Assembly: GCA_964247055.1 (NCBI GenBank)
Contig: OZ176051.1
Location: 11,346,001 to 11,410,000 of the forward strand
Direction of reading: 5' to 3'
Origin: Paragordius varius
Lineage: Eukaryota > Animalia > Nematomorpha
DNA length: 64,000 nucleotides
Shown here piece after piece: positions 1-12,488 of this stretch. The notes below the pieces were generated by a model. The model saw only the letters and a program-made list of their open reading frames with translations, did not search any database and was not told the DNA's origin. Position numbers and translations under genes: made by a program. Within the stretch, counting starts at the first letter, position 1, and every line of letters begins with the position of its first letter.

Positions 1-377
1 TAAATATGCGAAAAAACACATTCCAAAGATTTTGAGATTGAAAGGAAATAAATGAAATGAATGTGATGGAAAATAAAAAATATATCAAAAATTTTACATC
101 GCCACTCAAAAATTTATTTTTGCAAAAAAAAATTTTGAATTTTTTTTAAAGAGCCACTCAAATTTTTTTAAAAGACAAGTTGCTCCGAAACCACCTGTTA
201 GACACCCCAGATCTACAAGATAGATATTTTCTATTCTTGTTTTCTTTAAGATAAATAGAAAAAGCAAATAATATGGTTAGCAGTCTAGTAAATATCGTTT
301 ATTTTGTAAACGGTTCCGAAAATCGCTCTTCCAATCAACTTATATTCTAACCCATATAAAATTTTTCAATCGCCTAG

Positions 378-2516
378 AATTTCCCCTTCAAACAAGAATG
401 ATGTAATTATGAAAGAATCTAAAACGCACGCTTTCAAAGCGCCAACATTCTCACAGAATAACTCTTCTTTGGTGCTTGATCATAGTTTTTTAACCGAAAA
501 TTTAAAGTCAATTAAGAATAATAATAATAATAATTCACATCTCCTTGGTAATGCATATGACAGCTTATATACTTCTAATTCATCTCCCGGTTCCTCTATT
601 TATGCCGCCAGTTCAATACCAGATTTTGCTCAAGAGGCCAACGAAAGGTTTATATAATATACTGACTGTGAATAATTCCTTTAAGTATTCATATAGTATA
701 TGTTTTATATAAATACCATTTAGAGTTCAAGTTCACCCTAAAAATAAATTATGTGTTTTTGAACTAATATAACAAATTATTAATATGAAATATATCTTTA
801 TAGCATAGTTTATTATTTTTTCAGTATTATTTTATTTTAAACAAAATTTTTATCTTTTAAAAATGTATAAAAATTAGGTATTTAATCCTCAACAACTTAT
901 ATTTTATTTGAGGTTGAATTTGAATTGTATATGGTATATTAAAAGGTTTCATTTCCCTTTTTAAACATTAGATTTAGCTTTATTTTATCCATTTATTATA
1001 ATAAAAAATTGGTTAATTTAAAAATAATTATTATATAATTACGATATATATTCTGTATCAGTTATTTTACTAATTTTCATACAAAAGCTAAATTTATTCG
1101 TTTTATAATAAATTATTGTAGTATTAAATATTTTTAAACATTTAAATTTTTTAGCACCGAACAAACCAATGGTATGATAGAAAAGGGACATACCGAACCA
1201 TTATATACCGCTGCACGTTTAGAGAGTAATTTTTTAACATTTAATATCTAACAGCTTTATGTTTGAATACATTTTAAATTAAAATTTGCTAAATGATGGC
1301 TTTTAATGTATATTTAATATCATTTCAAAAGAATAAAATTATAATTATTTGTGAATATGCATTCTAATTGAAACAGTAGATTATAATCTAATCATATATT
1401 TGTATGGTTTGAAAATGTACATATTTGTTTTATTTTATCAATGCAATTATTTAATATTATTTATTATTTTTTATAATTTAGATGTTTCCAATTCTAATAC
1501 TCAACAAACGATTAATCCTATAACGACGATAAATAATATTGACAATGGGTCAAATAAATATAATCAAGTTTTATCCGAAGATGAGACCACTCAAAAACAT
1601 GCATTATTAATTAATTATTTGAATGAATTTATACCTGAATCTCTTTGCTTACCTTTACCACCTATGGGTCCAACCTTTTTGGGACATCAAAATCAAACAA
1701 ATGATACATCAAATAGCGATAAAAATTATGGTAAAGTTTTATTAAATATTTTTAACTATCGGTATTCTATTTTATTGTGGTACAAAAGAAGCAAGGAAGT
1801 TTATACCTTATATATAATGCTTCATTAATCTGTTTGAATGATAAACATTTGCATTTTATCTTTCAATTTACTATTCATATCAATATTATATATGTTAAAC
1901 AATATTTTTATTTTTTAATTTGATAATTTTCACAGAGAATGGATATTCATGCATCATTGAAGCTATTTTAAACCATGAACATACAGATATTAATTCAGAA
2001 GGTTATTTAATTTTTACGCTGACCATTTTATATTTTTTTTCCCTTTTTATATTATCTTTTAGATGAAATAAATGGGAATGGTGATTTTAATAATGTGTAT
2101 TCTTCATTAAAACAAAATATTGAAGATATTGCGCATCAATCCAGGTAACCATAATTTTATTATTATTAATGATAAATTTGTTAACTATTTATTATTTATA
2201 ATAGGCAAAATATGTCAGAAACATCAGAATTAAAAGCTTTAGTTTTGTCTTTATCACAGGTATATTATTATCATAAAATATGTTGGAGAAATATTCATAT
2301 TAATTCTTTTTAATATTTCATGAGTTATTTTTTCTTTTTTGTCATGGTTAATTAAATTATTGACACTTTATTATATTTATACTGAATTAAATTTTGGGTC
2401 AGAAGGCCAAGTTTATTAAATATATTTCTTAATTTTATATATTTTGTATATGAGAATTTATATAGAGGATAGCTCAGATGGAAAACCGAATGATGAACAT
2501 CGAATCTTGCACATGA
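378..2516 (+). CDS. Multi-exon gene, 5' end unresolved; low-complexity protein with a PLPP motif and a C-terminal coiled coil, function unknown
   Basis: Phase-consistent GT-AG exon chain 378-647, 1155-1225, 1482-1730, 1936-2001, 2063-2144, 2205-2259, 2466-2516. It ends ...SETSELKALVLSLSQRIAQMENRMMNIESCT*. ORF-track entries 409..657 and 1400..1828 are two of these exons with intron read-through. Confidence 0.7.
712..939. mobile_element. MITE, family with ATACCATTT...ATGGTATAT termini and TTCAAATTCACCC-type subterminal repeats
   Basis: Inverted ends (ataccatttagagttcaagttcaccc ... gaggttgaatttgaattgtatatggtatat). Related copies lie at about 25085, 26183, 33244, 48558 and 50550. Confidence 0.6.
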
Positions 2517-2719
2517 TGTGTATCTTTTGTCAGAAATAATATTTAAAATTTATACATTTTTATGACAACCTTTCCTCTTTAATAAAATATATACCATATT
2601 TTATGTACTGGTTGTCAAACCTTTTACAATTAACGGTTATATACCCTTGACTAAAATGTTTGAAAGTTTTTTAAATACATAGCATTGAAACTGTGACATA
2701 GTACATTTTTATACAATTA

Positions 2720-2835
2720 CAGTATGAAGTATACATTGCTAGAAAATTATTAATTATTGCCAATATATACAGTAAAGGGGGCAGTATTATTGGCTTATAT
2801 TAATACTTTCTAGCAATATATACTTACTCATACTG
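2720..2835. mobile_element. Tc1/mariner-type MITE
   Basis: Inverted termini CAGTATGAAGTATACATTGCTAGAAA / TTTCTAGCAATATATACTTACTCATACTG with TA on both flanks; 116 bp. Confidence 0.75.
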
Positions 2836-3013
2836 TATCATTAAACATATATTATTTTGCAAAGTATATAAGATTAGGAAAGGTGTTTTAATAAATTATA
2901 CATCACGTGTTTATTTGTCAATCTATTGTTCAAATATATAATACACAAGGAAATGATATTGTACAAACATAAAATATGGAAAATATCACATTGTTTTATA
3001 AATTAAAGTTTTT

Positions 3014-3573
3014 TTAATCTGTAAACTTTTGAGAGGCTTGCGTCATAGATATCGTGTTTGATCGCTTTCGGCCATCATAACCACCTGGAACAAATAAAAA
3101 AATTTACTTACTACAAATATATTTTAAGTATTTAACATAAATAGAAGAATAAATATATTTTCTAAAATAAAAGTTGTAATAAAGTAAAACAAAATGTGCA
3201 TTTAATATTGTTTTATTTGGCAAATTCTTAACAACCCTAGTCAATAGTAAATATGATCTCATATTGGTGTCAGTTTTGCTGGACAAAAACTTATAAACAA
3301 ATGCGGAATATTAGATATTTAATAGTAAGTTTAAAGCTATATATGAACCTTTTGTTCTGTCTGCATTGATGGGTATTGATACCATTTGTTCGGTATGATT
3401 TGGATTTTCACCTGTTTGGCCATGTAGGAAAGGTTGTTGTGGGAATCGATAGAGTGGCTCATTATTTTCTGGTGATTTAATTTGACTCAGGGGTAAAACA
3501 AGTCTTTCGAATGTTAAGGTAGGAGATTGTGGTATATTATGAGGTGATACACATAGGTTATTTATAGCGTTTC
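3014..3573 (-). CDS. Two candidate 3' exons (3573-3349, 3084-3014) of a minus-strand gene; linkage to the PY-motif gene is unproven
   Basis: The long open frame (GNAINNLCVSPHNIPQSPTLTF...ADRTK) joins in phase 1 to a ttccag-preceded exon GGYDGRKRSNTISMTQASQKFTD*. The upstream partner exon is ambiguous. Confidence 0.4.
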
Positions 3574-3816
3574 CTATTAATTGTATATATCTGTGTATAT
3601 AAACCCTAATTTTGTAAAAATATGGTTTTTTATTTGTATTTACTATTGATTTAAACCAGTGGGATGCAAACCGCAACCTAAAAGTCCTTTTTATGGTACT
3701 AAATTAATTAAATAATTTTTCGATGTACATATTTAAGGTATAAGTAGCTGCACATGTGTGAAACAGCTGGGCAATATTTGTCGGTTTATATGGTGTAGGG
3801 CCGGTGTGACAAAATA

Positions 3817-4011
3817 CAGTATGAGTAAATAAATATACATTGGTAGAAAGTCATTAATTCTTGCCAAATTGTAAATTCAACAAAGGGAAATATTATTGGC
3901 TCAAAGTTATTTTTTCACTTTTTTACTATTATTAGCCAAAAATACTGCCCTTTGTTGTATTTACTGTTTGAATAATTAATAACTTTCTAGCAATGTATGC
4001 TTATTCATACT
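3817..4011. mobile_element. Second, longer copy of the CAGTATGA MITE family
   Basis: TA-CAGTATGAGTAAATAAATATACATTGGTAGAAAG at the left end and TTTCTAGCAATGTATGCTTATTCATACT at the right; similar to 2720-2835. Confidence 0.6.
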
Positions 4012-4396
4012 TTTTTGGTGATATATTTGAAAAAAGATAAAATTAAAACGGGACTTTGTTTTGAGTTTCTATACATGTCCAATTTTTCAAAATTTATCTT
4101 TTTTCCTTTTTACGCATATCCTTAAAAATACTTTTGTATACCCATTTTCGAGGTGAACTGATAAAATTTGTTCCGTTTTTTGTGCACCAAAGGATACGAT
4201 GACACCGATAATTTATCATTTGAACGGACAGGCTTTAAACTCAATTCATTCTTTTGTAGCATATCTCGTATATTTACTGTGATTGGATCTGTGCAATAAA
4301 AACTTTTTATTGATTAGCCTTTAGAAATGCTTAAATTATCAATGATTTAAATAAGCTATGAGTCGTATCAATCCAGGAGGCTTATTTTATTTGAAA

Positions 4397-5697
4397 TTAA
4401 CTTGAGCTCATTTTTATCATTTTTTGGTCAATACTGATGACGCATGTACCTATATAAGTTTTACTACAAAATTCTAAAACCCAGCTATAAAATTACGGCA
4501 ATTCTTTAATTTCGCATATGCATTGTTAATGATACTCTAACCTGTAATTATTTCGTAAATTCCAATCAATAATTTTACCTGTCACTTCAAAATAGGTTGG
4601 AAGTATTATATCGTTGCCTTCATCTTTTTTAATTGAATCTCTGTGCTCCACCTTTGGAGAATGTAATGCCTATAATAAAATATACATAATTTGGTTAAAA
4701 ATGGATAATAACCAACGAATATACAGTAAAAATGGTTATATAGACAAAAAATAATAATAATACATCAAAAAAATTCAAATATTTTTAAATCTCATTCAAT
4801 TATATACTTAAAAATATATTACATTATGCTGAAAACATTAAAGTGTTGAAAGTATGGTTTAAAAAATATTTGTCTTTTAGATTTTGTCTGTATGATTTCA
4901 ATTTTCGCTGCATATATGTTTACTTGATCATATGGTGGCGGTTCTTCATTAGCAGCTAAAATTACTAAATTGCCATTGACACTCATGAGTCTTAAATCGC
5001 GTAAAGCTCTTTGGTTTTCAACATCAGTCGTGGTTGGTTGGGGCCTACAATTTAAATAAGGTCTTTACACATGATATATATATAAATAATTTTTATTAAC
5101 TGGATTGTAATTCTTAGTTTATTTTATTGTCACAATATTTATCAAACTATATAAACATTCTTTATTATGAAGTCAAATGTGGTACCTTATTGCCGGATTA
5201 AGTTATTCAAAATCAAATTTCCAAGATTAATCAAAATTTAGTTTATTATAAATAAAAATTGACGTACATAAATGAATGATACACATAAAATTACTTAAGT
5301 TTTTTCTTTATAGTGTGGATAAAACAGGTGAGGAAAGTGAGCATTATGATCAAACATATAAATAAAGAGGCCGTAGCCCCAAGTACATTTCCAGTTGTCC
5401 ATTCAAAACTATTGCTTGAAATTTCTGTAAAAAATTTAAGCAAAATAAAAAGATTGAAAAAGCAAAATCCAAAAGAAAGGATGATAAAAATAAACGGTTT
5501 AATAAAACTAGCCCTCTCGTAACACCCGTTTCTGAGTAAATCCAATAATTTTTCAAACCATCTTATACGGTCATTTTTTAGGGATTATGTGAAAAAGATA
5601 TTACGCCATTCACCGAAACTAAGTATGATAAAAACGTACTGGAATTCGAATGAGATAAGGGAAAAAGTCCGTAATCCGATAAGGGGTAACCATTCAT
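4397..5697 (-). CDS. Single-pass membrane protein with cytoplasmic PPPY and LPTY motifs (candidate WW-domain/Nedd4-family adaptor)
   Basis: Exons 5697-5640 (tentative), 5424-5295, 5044-4924, 4669-4579, 4449-4397 join in phase. TM segment VLGATASLFICLIIMLTFLTCFI is followed by a KKKLK stop-transfer, then EEPPPYDQ and ILPTYFEV. Confidence 0.65.
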
Positions 5698-8429
5698 TGT
5701 AAACAAAATATAATAAGAGCGAGAATTACAAGTATTAAAAATAATAATTATGTTTGGAATTCAGATTCTGTTAAACTGTTATTACTCATGTTATATATTC
5801 AAAAAAGCGTGAATTATCTATATATTATATATCAAGGGTTTTTCTCGATAAAATGATAATATACTGTGACGTAAGTTATTAATAACCGCATCTATTTCGT
5901 AAACCTATGTTTATCATATTTGAGCCAACTTTTAGGTCGATCAAATTATCTTATAAAATTATTAACTACTATTTTTACCTAAAAAACACCTTTTCTCTTA
6001 TTGCTTATTGACATCCTATTTGTGAGGCCATTTCAAAAGATAAATTTTCTATTGATAGCCAAAATGTTTTGTAAAAATTCAGGTCTAATAAATTGCCAAA
6101 TCAAACAAAATTATATTTTTAAATAAATATTTATTATAGTAGTATTTACTTCCATCCGTCATCATAAAACACGAATCATGATTACAGTAATATTTAGTAC
6201 AGAATGTCCCATATTTATAAAATTAATATAATTATTACATCTAATACAAGTTAATTTTCAATTTTCTCAAAAAATAGTATGGTATTTAAAGTAATAGAGA
6301 ATTGATTATATTATATAAATATATATGTGCATAATAATCAGCCTAAAGCAGGTAGCTATTAATAAAACTATTTTTTTATAATATCATAATTATATATCGT
6401 CTACCATAATTGTTTTATTAAACACAATTGTAATACACGGCAAATATTGGGGAATTATCTTTATATATGTACATTAAATCGCGATTAGTTATATTTTTAA
6501 CCTTAGGCTTTTTATACTTTTTGTAATAGCGAATAAACGCTAGTGATTTTTACGTTAAAATCATAATGATATAAAATCTTATAATCAATTCAAAAATCTC
6601 AATTAAAACGGTGTTATTAACATAAATTGCATCAGGAAAATTTTTATAATATGCCTAATCTGTAAAATATCAAAATTATCTTACTTAAACGCCAATAATT
6701 ATCTATGATAAATTAGTTAATTTTATAAATATTTGTGTTTAAGATCTATTGGATAATATATTATAAAACAACATAGTAATTCAAATATATTTAATTTATT
6801 CTATAGTTTTTAATTAAAGTTGCTCCGTGAACATTTCAAGAGTGTTCTTTATACACTCTCCTTGAACATCCTTGAACATTGGTCCTTGTATATTTTATTT
6901 TGCGCATAACTTAATCAAACTTAACCAATCATTTTTGACCTGTTGTCTTTATTTCTCAAAATTAAATGAATTTTAATTTTTGTTTATTCAAGGACAATTT
7001 TATTTCATTTCAAAAATAATTATATTTATATGGTTTTAAAGGCTAATTAAAATATAGTTTATTGGGTTATAAATTGCAATTTTGTTTATAATTTTATAGA
7101 ATTTGGAAAAAATATATTAATGCTAAATTATATCTGATAAGCAATGCTGAGATGTGAAAATCATTATTGGCCATTCATATTTCATTTATAAATGCGCCAA
7201 ATTCCTTTTTTAATAGGCCTTAAAAAATACAGGTTTCACAAATCGAAAGCTTCAGGAAAAGTTGGTCTATGTATTTAAATTAAATTATATTTATAATAAC
7301 AGTTGTTAAAATCCGTAATATAACGATAAAGAATAAATAAATAGAATAAATCCGTTCATTACTATTAAATTATATTTATGTTTATAAATTAATTTCGAGA
7401 CTCTCTTTTAGATAAGTGGTTAGGCTCAACCAATTTTGTTTACTTGTAGCATTCGCATAATGTATGAAATCTTATGAATACACACGAAAACCGACGCATT
7501 CTCTATCCGAGCAAATTTTAACCTCAAAGTGTATTTTATCCAAAATATGCCCCACAAAAGTCGTTATTTAGAATAATTAAATATTGTCGTTAAAGGAGTT
7601 TCATTGGAGCTACATAAATTTGATCGTACTGGATTGAAATGAAACGAGATCTTTTTAAAGTAGCGTACACGTACGCCCTACCTAGAGAAGATATGCCTTC
7701 GATTATATTTTCACTTTCGAAATGACCTCGTAGCCGAAGATAATATAGTACTAGTTTCGGCACTCACCTTTATATTAAGCACATTTTGTAAAAAGCGTTT
7801 GGATGGACCCTACTCAAAGCCGGGATTAAAATTGTTTTTGATTGAACGCTTGATAGAGTCATTAATTATAAATAACGTTCTGATTAAGTATAACTTTAAA
7901 GAAATTTTACGGAAAACGTTTAAAACCATGTGAATAAGGTAACTGTTTTATGTTTTTTCCTCATGAAGACACATAATGCGCTAACCTTAAATATCCATAT
8001 TTGCCTCCAAAACCGTAATTTAGCAATATCCAAAAAAACATATCTAACCAAACTTAATAATGTCTTGGTAAATCCATAAAAACGATTTCAAACAAATAAA
8101 CCATAATTACAGGCACGAAGTATATGGTAATGACTATAAATAAGTTTATCAACCCCAATGCATCCATATGAAAAACGAAAAAAACAATTTTCTTTTAAAC
8201 GTTCAATCAAAAAAATTAAATAAGATTCTAAATATAAAAGACAAACGCGGACTCAAATTTGTTGAATTTAATTTTAATGTTTTATCTAAAAACTATTCAA
8301 TATATACAAAGTGTTATAAGTTTTTACCTATTTATTTGGTAAAAAATCATGTAATAAAAATTATTGATTTAATCAAAATATCGTCCATCAGCTTCTATAC
8401 ATTTTGCCCGTCCCTCAAACAATATATGG

Positions 8430-9290
8430 ATGACAGAAAAACTGATTTGGTTTTGCGGTAAATCATTGATTATATTATGTTCAGACGTTTTCGAATTTAT
8501 TAAAGTGCTGCTCTAAGAGCGTATGCCCCATTGGTACGAAGATGTATTAGTCAGATGGCACCAGGTCGGGAGTACGCCGGATGCGGAAAATTTTCCCATT
8601 GAATCAATTTTAAAGTGACATCTGGTTTTGGTGTGAGAGACGGAGTATGTTATGCAGCAAAATCATTATGCATGTCTTTTGGCCCACCACGATGGTTATT
8701 TGATTCATTGATGGCTTACATAAATAATATGGTGCTAAGAAGTAGTAACGGTTTCACCGGGCTTCAATAGTCACAAAACAGTTGGTCCCACCACACACAG
8801 AGCATGGTCTTATTTCCAAAGAAATTTGGATAGGTGTTATTTATCGGCTTGGCCCAAGATTTTTCCGCTTTGACTAAGCAAATAAAGCCGATCATCTGTT
8901 ACAACTTGATCCAGAAATAATAGTTGCAGGATTCCCAAGTATCTTTGCGATTTTTGATATGGAGTTATTGAAATGATGTGAGACGTTAATTGATTTTTCC
9001 CATTTCTATTAGATTTAACTGATTGTTTTCATGATATATGTTCTGTCAATTATCGTTAAATTCAACTTGAATCTTCAATTACTCTTGCACAGTCTTTGGA
9101 GTAGTGTACCAACTAAAGCACCCACTTTCTTTAACACTGAAACAACTTATTTTATAAACCATGTTTCAAATTTTAAAGCATGTTCACCCTGTATTTACCA
9201 GCAAACGATGATTTTTATCAGCCGTATTCTCATTGAAAAAAAAAGAATGCGCACCGCAAATGTTTTTCTTTCGAAAATTTTTTTTTAGCA
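8430..9290 (-). mobile_element. Decayed mariner transposon (DD34D-type transposase relic)
   Basis: Frameshifted motifs on the minus strand appear in the expected order: MRILFFF..TADKNHRLLV (Mos1-like N-terminus), FLDQVVTDD, KTMLCVWWDQ, KPGETV, QWENFPHP and PDLVPSD..F..MGH. No TIRs were recognised. Confidence 0.85.
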
Positions 9291-9542
9291 AAATGGCTTT
9301 TGTCTAAAATCAACTGTTTATGTCTTCACTTAGTTCTTATTAAGGTTAGAAAGATTTTTCTTTCTAATATTCATTAATAATACAATAACTAAACCTTGTC
9401 ACATGTTGTTGTAAATTAGTCAAAATAAAATAATTTCTAAGGAATAAAATAGATAAAAGAATTTCGGGCAAACGAAAGAATGAAGAATTGCACGTTTTTT
9501 CATTTATCTATTAGTGCCAAATATCTTGTAATTATCAAGCTT

Positions 9543-11818
9543 AGGTATTATTGGTTTGGCACAGTTAGTGGGAATCCATGGATTGATTACGATATATATC
9601 TATATCTTTTGTTGCGTTTCGAGGTATGTTCAGGAATTTAATTCTTGTTCTATTATTTGAGTCCAAGTTGTTTTAGGCCTCCCTTTTGGGTTGGGGGCAG
9701 GGATCTGTAAATCAAGAATTTCTTTGCAGATGCGTCTATACTGGATCTGTCTATGTGTTCAAAATACCGAAGGTTATTTGTCCTGATAAAACTGTTATTG
9801 GTTCTAGTTCATTTATGGTAGAATTTATCCTCATATATTTTAGCATTTTGTCTTCCGTTCTTTTTAATCTCATTTCTAATGTTATTGTGATGGCCCATGG
9901 AAGGCGTAGATAAGGGTAGGGCGGACACCCACTTTATACATTTTGGTTTTATTTTTTACGGTTATGTCTTTATGTGTTAATACATATTTGAGTTGAATAA
10001 TTTGCCCAGCCGAGTTTATTTATGTGATATGGTTGTTTGAGCTTCTGATATAACAGAGATAGGTGAAATTGTTAACAGTTTCGAACCTAAAATTTTCCAT
10101 ATTAAACTCCCGTGATTTAAGGATGTTTGATTTCCCCAATATACAGCTTTCATTTAGAATTTTTATTGTCAATTTTCCTTTCATCCACATTTTACAAGAT
10201 GTACATTAAATGGCATTCGTTTTAACCTCTTTGTGGCAAATAGAGCAGGGGTATTTTATGGTTCTGTTTTCATCACCTGTAATCATTACTTTTGTTTTTT
10301 CTATATTTATTTTGAGGCCATGTTTATGAAAACATGAATGTCATTTGAGATATAAACTTTTCAATACGTGTGCTGTTTTTACAGTTATGATCAAGTCATC
10401 GGCGTACAGCATGTTCCATGGTGGAATCTCTGTAATGTCTCTGCTCATATAATCCATAATTTTTAAGAAAAGTAGTGGTCTTAAAGTTGGGACGGAGGCC
10501 AATATTAATGTTAAAATAATTAGTGTTTCCGACTGGTGTTTTAACTCAGCTTTGTGCATTTTCACACAGGAGCATTATCAATTTTATTAAATATTATTCG
10601 ATTTTTTGGTACCTTAATGCCTCAATTATGAGGTGTCTGGGTATAGTGTCAAACGCTCTCTCCAGATCTATAAAGATGTGGAACAGCTTTTGACTTTTTG
10701 CTAATTTTTCTTGCAGACGATCTGAAATGAAAATGGGCTATGATGTTCTTTTATCTTTTTGAAAAGTGAATTGATTTTTATTAATTGTTATATTTTAAAT
10801 TCTATTTTTAATCACTGTTTCAAAAACTTTCATACTGTGTTCCAAAAATTTCTAACGATAATGAATAATGCTAAAAATGGTGTGGGAAGAAATAAGAAAA
10901 GCTAGCAACAACCCAAATGGTGGTGGGGTGACAGCGTGAAACCTTTACTCCTGAGAAAAAAACGAGCTCCATAAAAAATGGAAAAAATCTAAAAATATTA
11001 AAGACCAAATCCTATACAATCAATATAAAAAACTGCAACACTATTAAGGATTTAAAAAATAAAAGTAGCATGGAAATGGCGGACGAACTGGAAAAGGACA
11101 TTAATAATATGACAATATTTAGAAAAATCAAAAACTATATAAAAACCAAAAAGATATTTAAATATTCGTTGGGTTAAAGAGTATCAACATAATATTCTTA
11201 TCAATACCAACGACATAATTAACAGATGGGAAAAATTTATGAAAACTAAATTTAACACCCCTGAATCTAGGGTTACTAATGTCATACAAGGTCCCATTCA
11301 GGAATTCACCCCAGAAGAAATAGCAATAGTAATGAAAGACATGAAATCTAACAGAGCCACTGGGTCCTCTGAGATCTCTGCAGATTTAATGAAGGCCACC
11401 CCGATAACTGTTAATTTTTTTGGTGGACTGTTTAATTTGGTCTACAAAAACAATACAATCCCAAACGAATGGGACAAAAGCTACATCTATCCCGTTTATA
11501 AAAATAAAAGAGATGCCCTTGATTGCTCCATATCGCCCATTTAAATTTTTGTAACACGGTATGAAAGTTTTTGAAACAGTGATTCAAAATAGAATTAAAA
11601 ATATAACAATTAATAAAAATCAATTTGCCTTTCAAAAAGGTAGAAGCACATCAGAGCCTATTTAAATTTTGAATCGTCTGCAAAAAAATATCTAGCAAAA
11701 GGTCAAAAGCTGTTCCACATCTTTATAGATCTAGAAAGAGCGTTTGACACTATACCCAGACACCTCATAATTGAGGCATTAAGGTACCAAAAAATCGAAA
11801 AATATTTAATAAAATTGA
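9543..11818 (-). mobile_element. RTE-clade non-LTR retrotransposon, 5'-truncated, with an inverted 5' segment and a 13-bp TSD
   Basis: Minus-strand RT carries PLLF..MD..PPWNMLYADD (10341..10565). The plus-strand upstream part carries KWWWGDSVK and MKSNRATG...IPNEW..IYPVYK. The direct repeat AATTATCAAGCTT lies at 9530-9542 and 11819-11831. Confidence 0.9.
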
Positions 11819-12488
11819 AATTATCAAGCTTTCGGACAAAATTATTATTTCCTTACAACTTTGATTTTAGATTGGTATAAATCGGCGTTTTTTAAATGAA
11901 TAAAATATCAATTATTAAAGCCTTCCGTTTTCAGAAAAATTGCATCAAAGCCAACACTATTTTTTATAAATATATTGAAGACTTTAGTGGCGAAATGGCT
12001 TTTAAAAACTTTTTGTTTGAGAAGGACTACATTTTTTTAAGCTGAGTTTATTTGCGACAAAAATTGAACAGAGATTCTAATTTTTGAGAATGACAATTAA
12101 CCAAGATTATGTGCAAAAACGTTATTTTATAAAGGGTAGGGCTAAACATAGAAGTAAATACAAGTTGTGTCACCGTAATCGGCTATTAAAAATCTAAATT
12201 TTTGAGCTCATCGCATGTGAGTTAAGTCACACGCATAACGGAAAATTAATTTTATTATCCACAAGATCAGGAATCACTCCTCACATTTATATGCTGGAGC
12301 ATTTTACGGAGTGTGGATCCTTACTCAGGGGTTAATATAAATAAGCAACAAGAATTATTTAGATAATTTAATATATACACGCGGACATATATTAGTTCAA
12401 GCCTCTTGTTATTTTTGATTTACTTGCGAAAAAAATTAAATTTCATATACGAATGTATTATAATGTAACAATGTGCATAATGCGATCG

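Noticed and set aside
5313-5556. ORF-track entries 5313..5522 (+) and 5350..5556 (-)
   Set aside because: They are antisense or alternative-frame shadows of the membrane-protein exon 5424-5295.
5580-5640. SYLVSVNGVISF resembling a NIDO-domain motif
   Set aside because: It is followed at once by a stop and lies in a predicted intron, with no other NIDO sequence nearby.
8168-8461. 97-aa plus-strand ORF
   Set aside because: Lys/Ile/Asn-rich composition typical of AT-rich non-coding DNA, with no motif or splice chain.
12200-12330. Short hairpins downstream of GINS3 as a possible ncRNA
   Set aside because: Stems are only 5-8 bp, with no snoRNA, snRNA or tRNA boxes.
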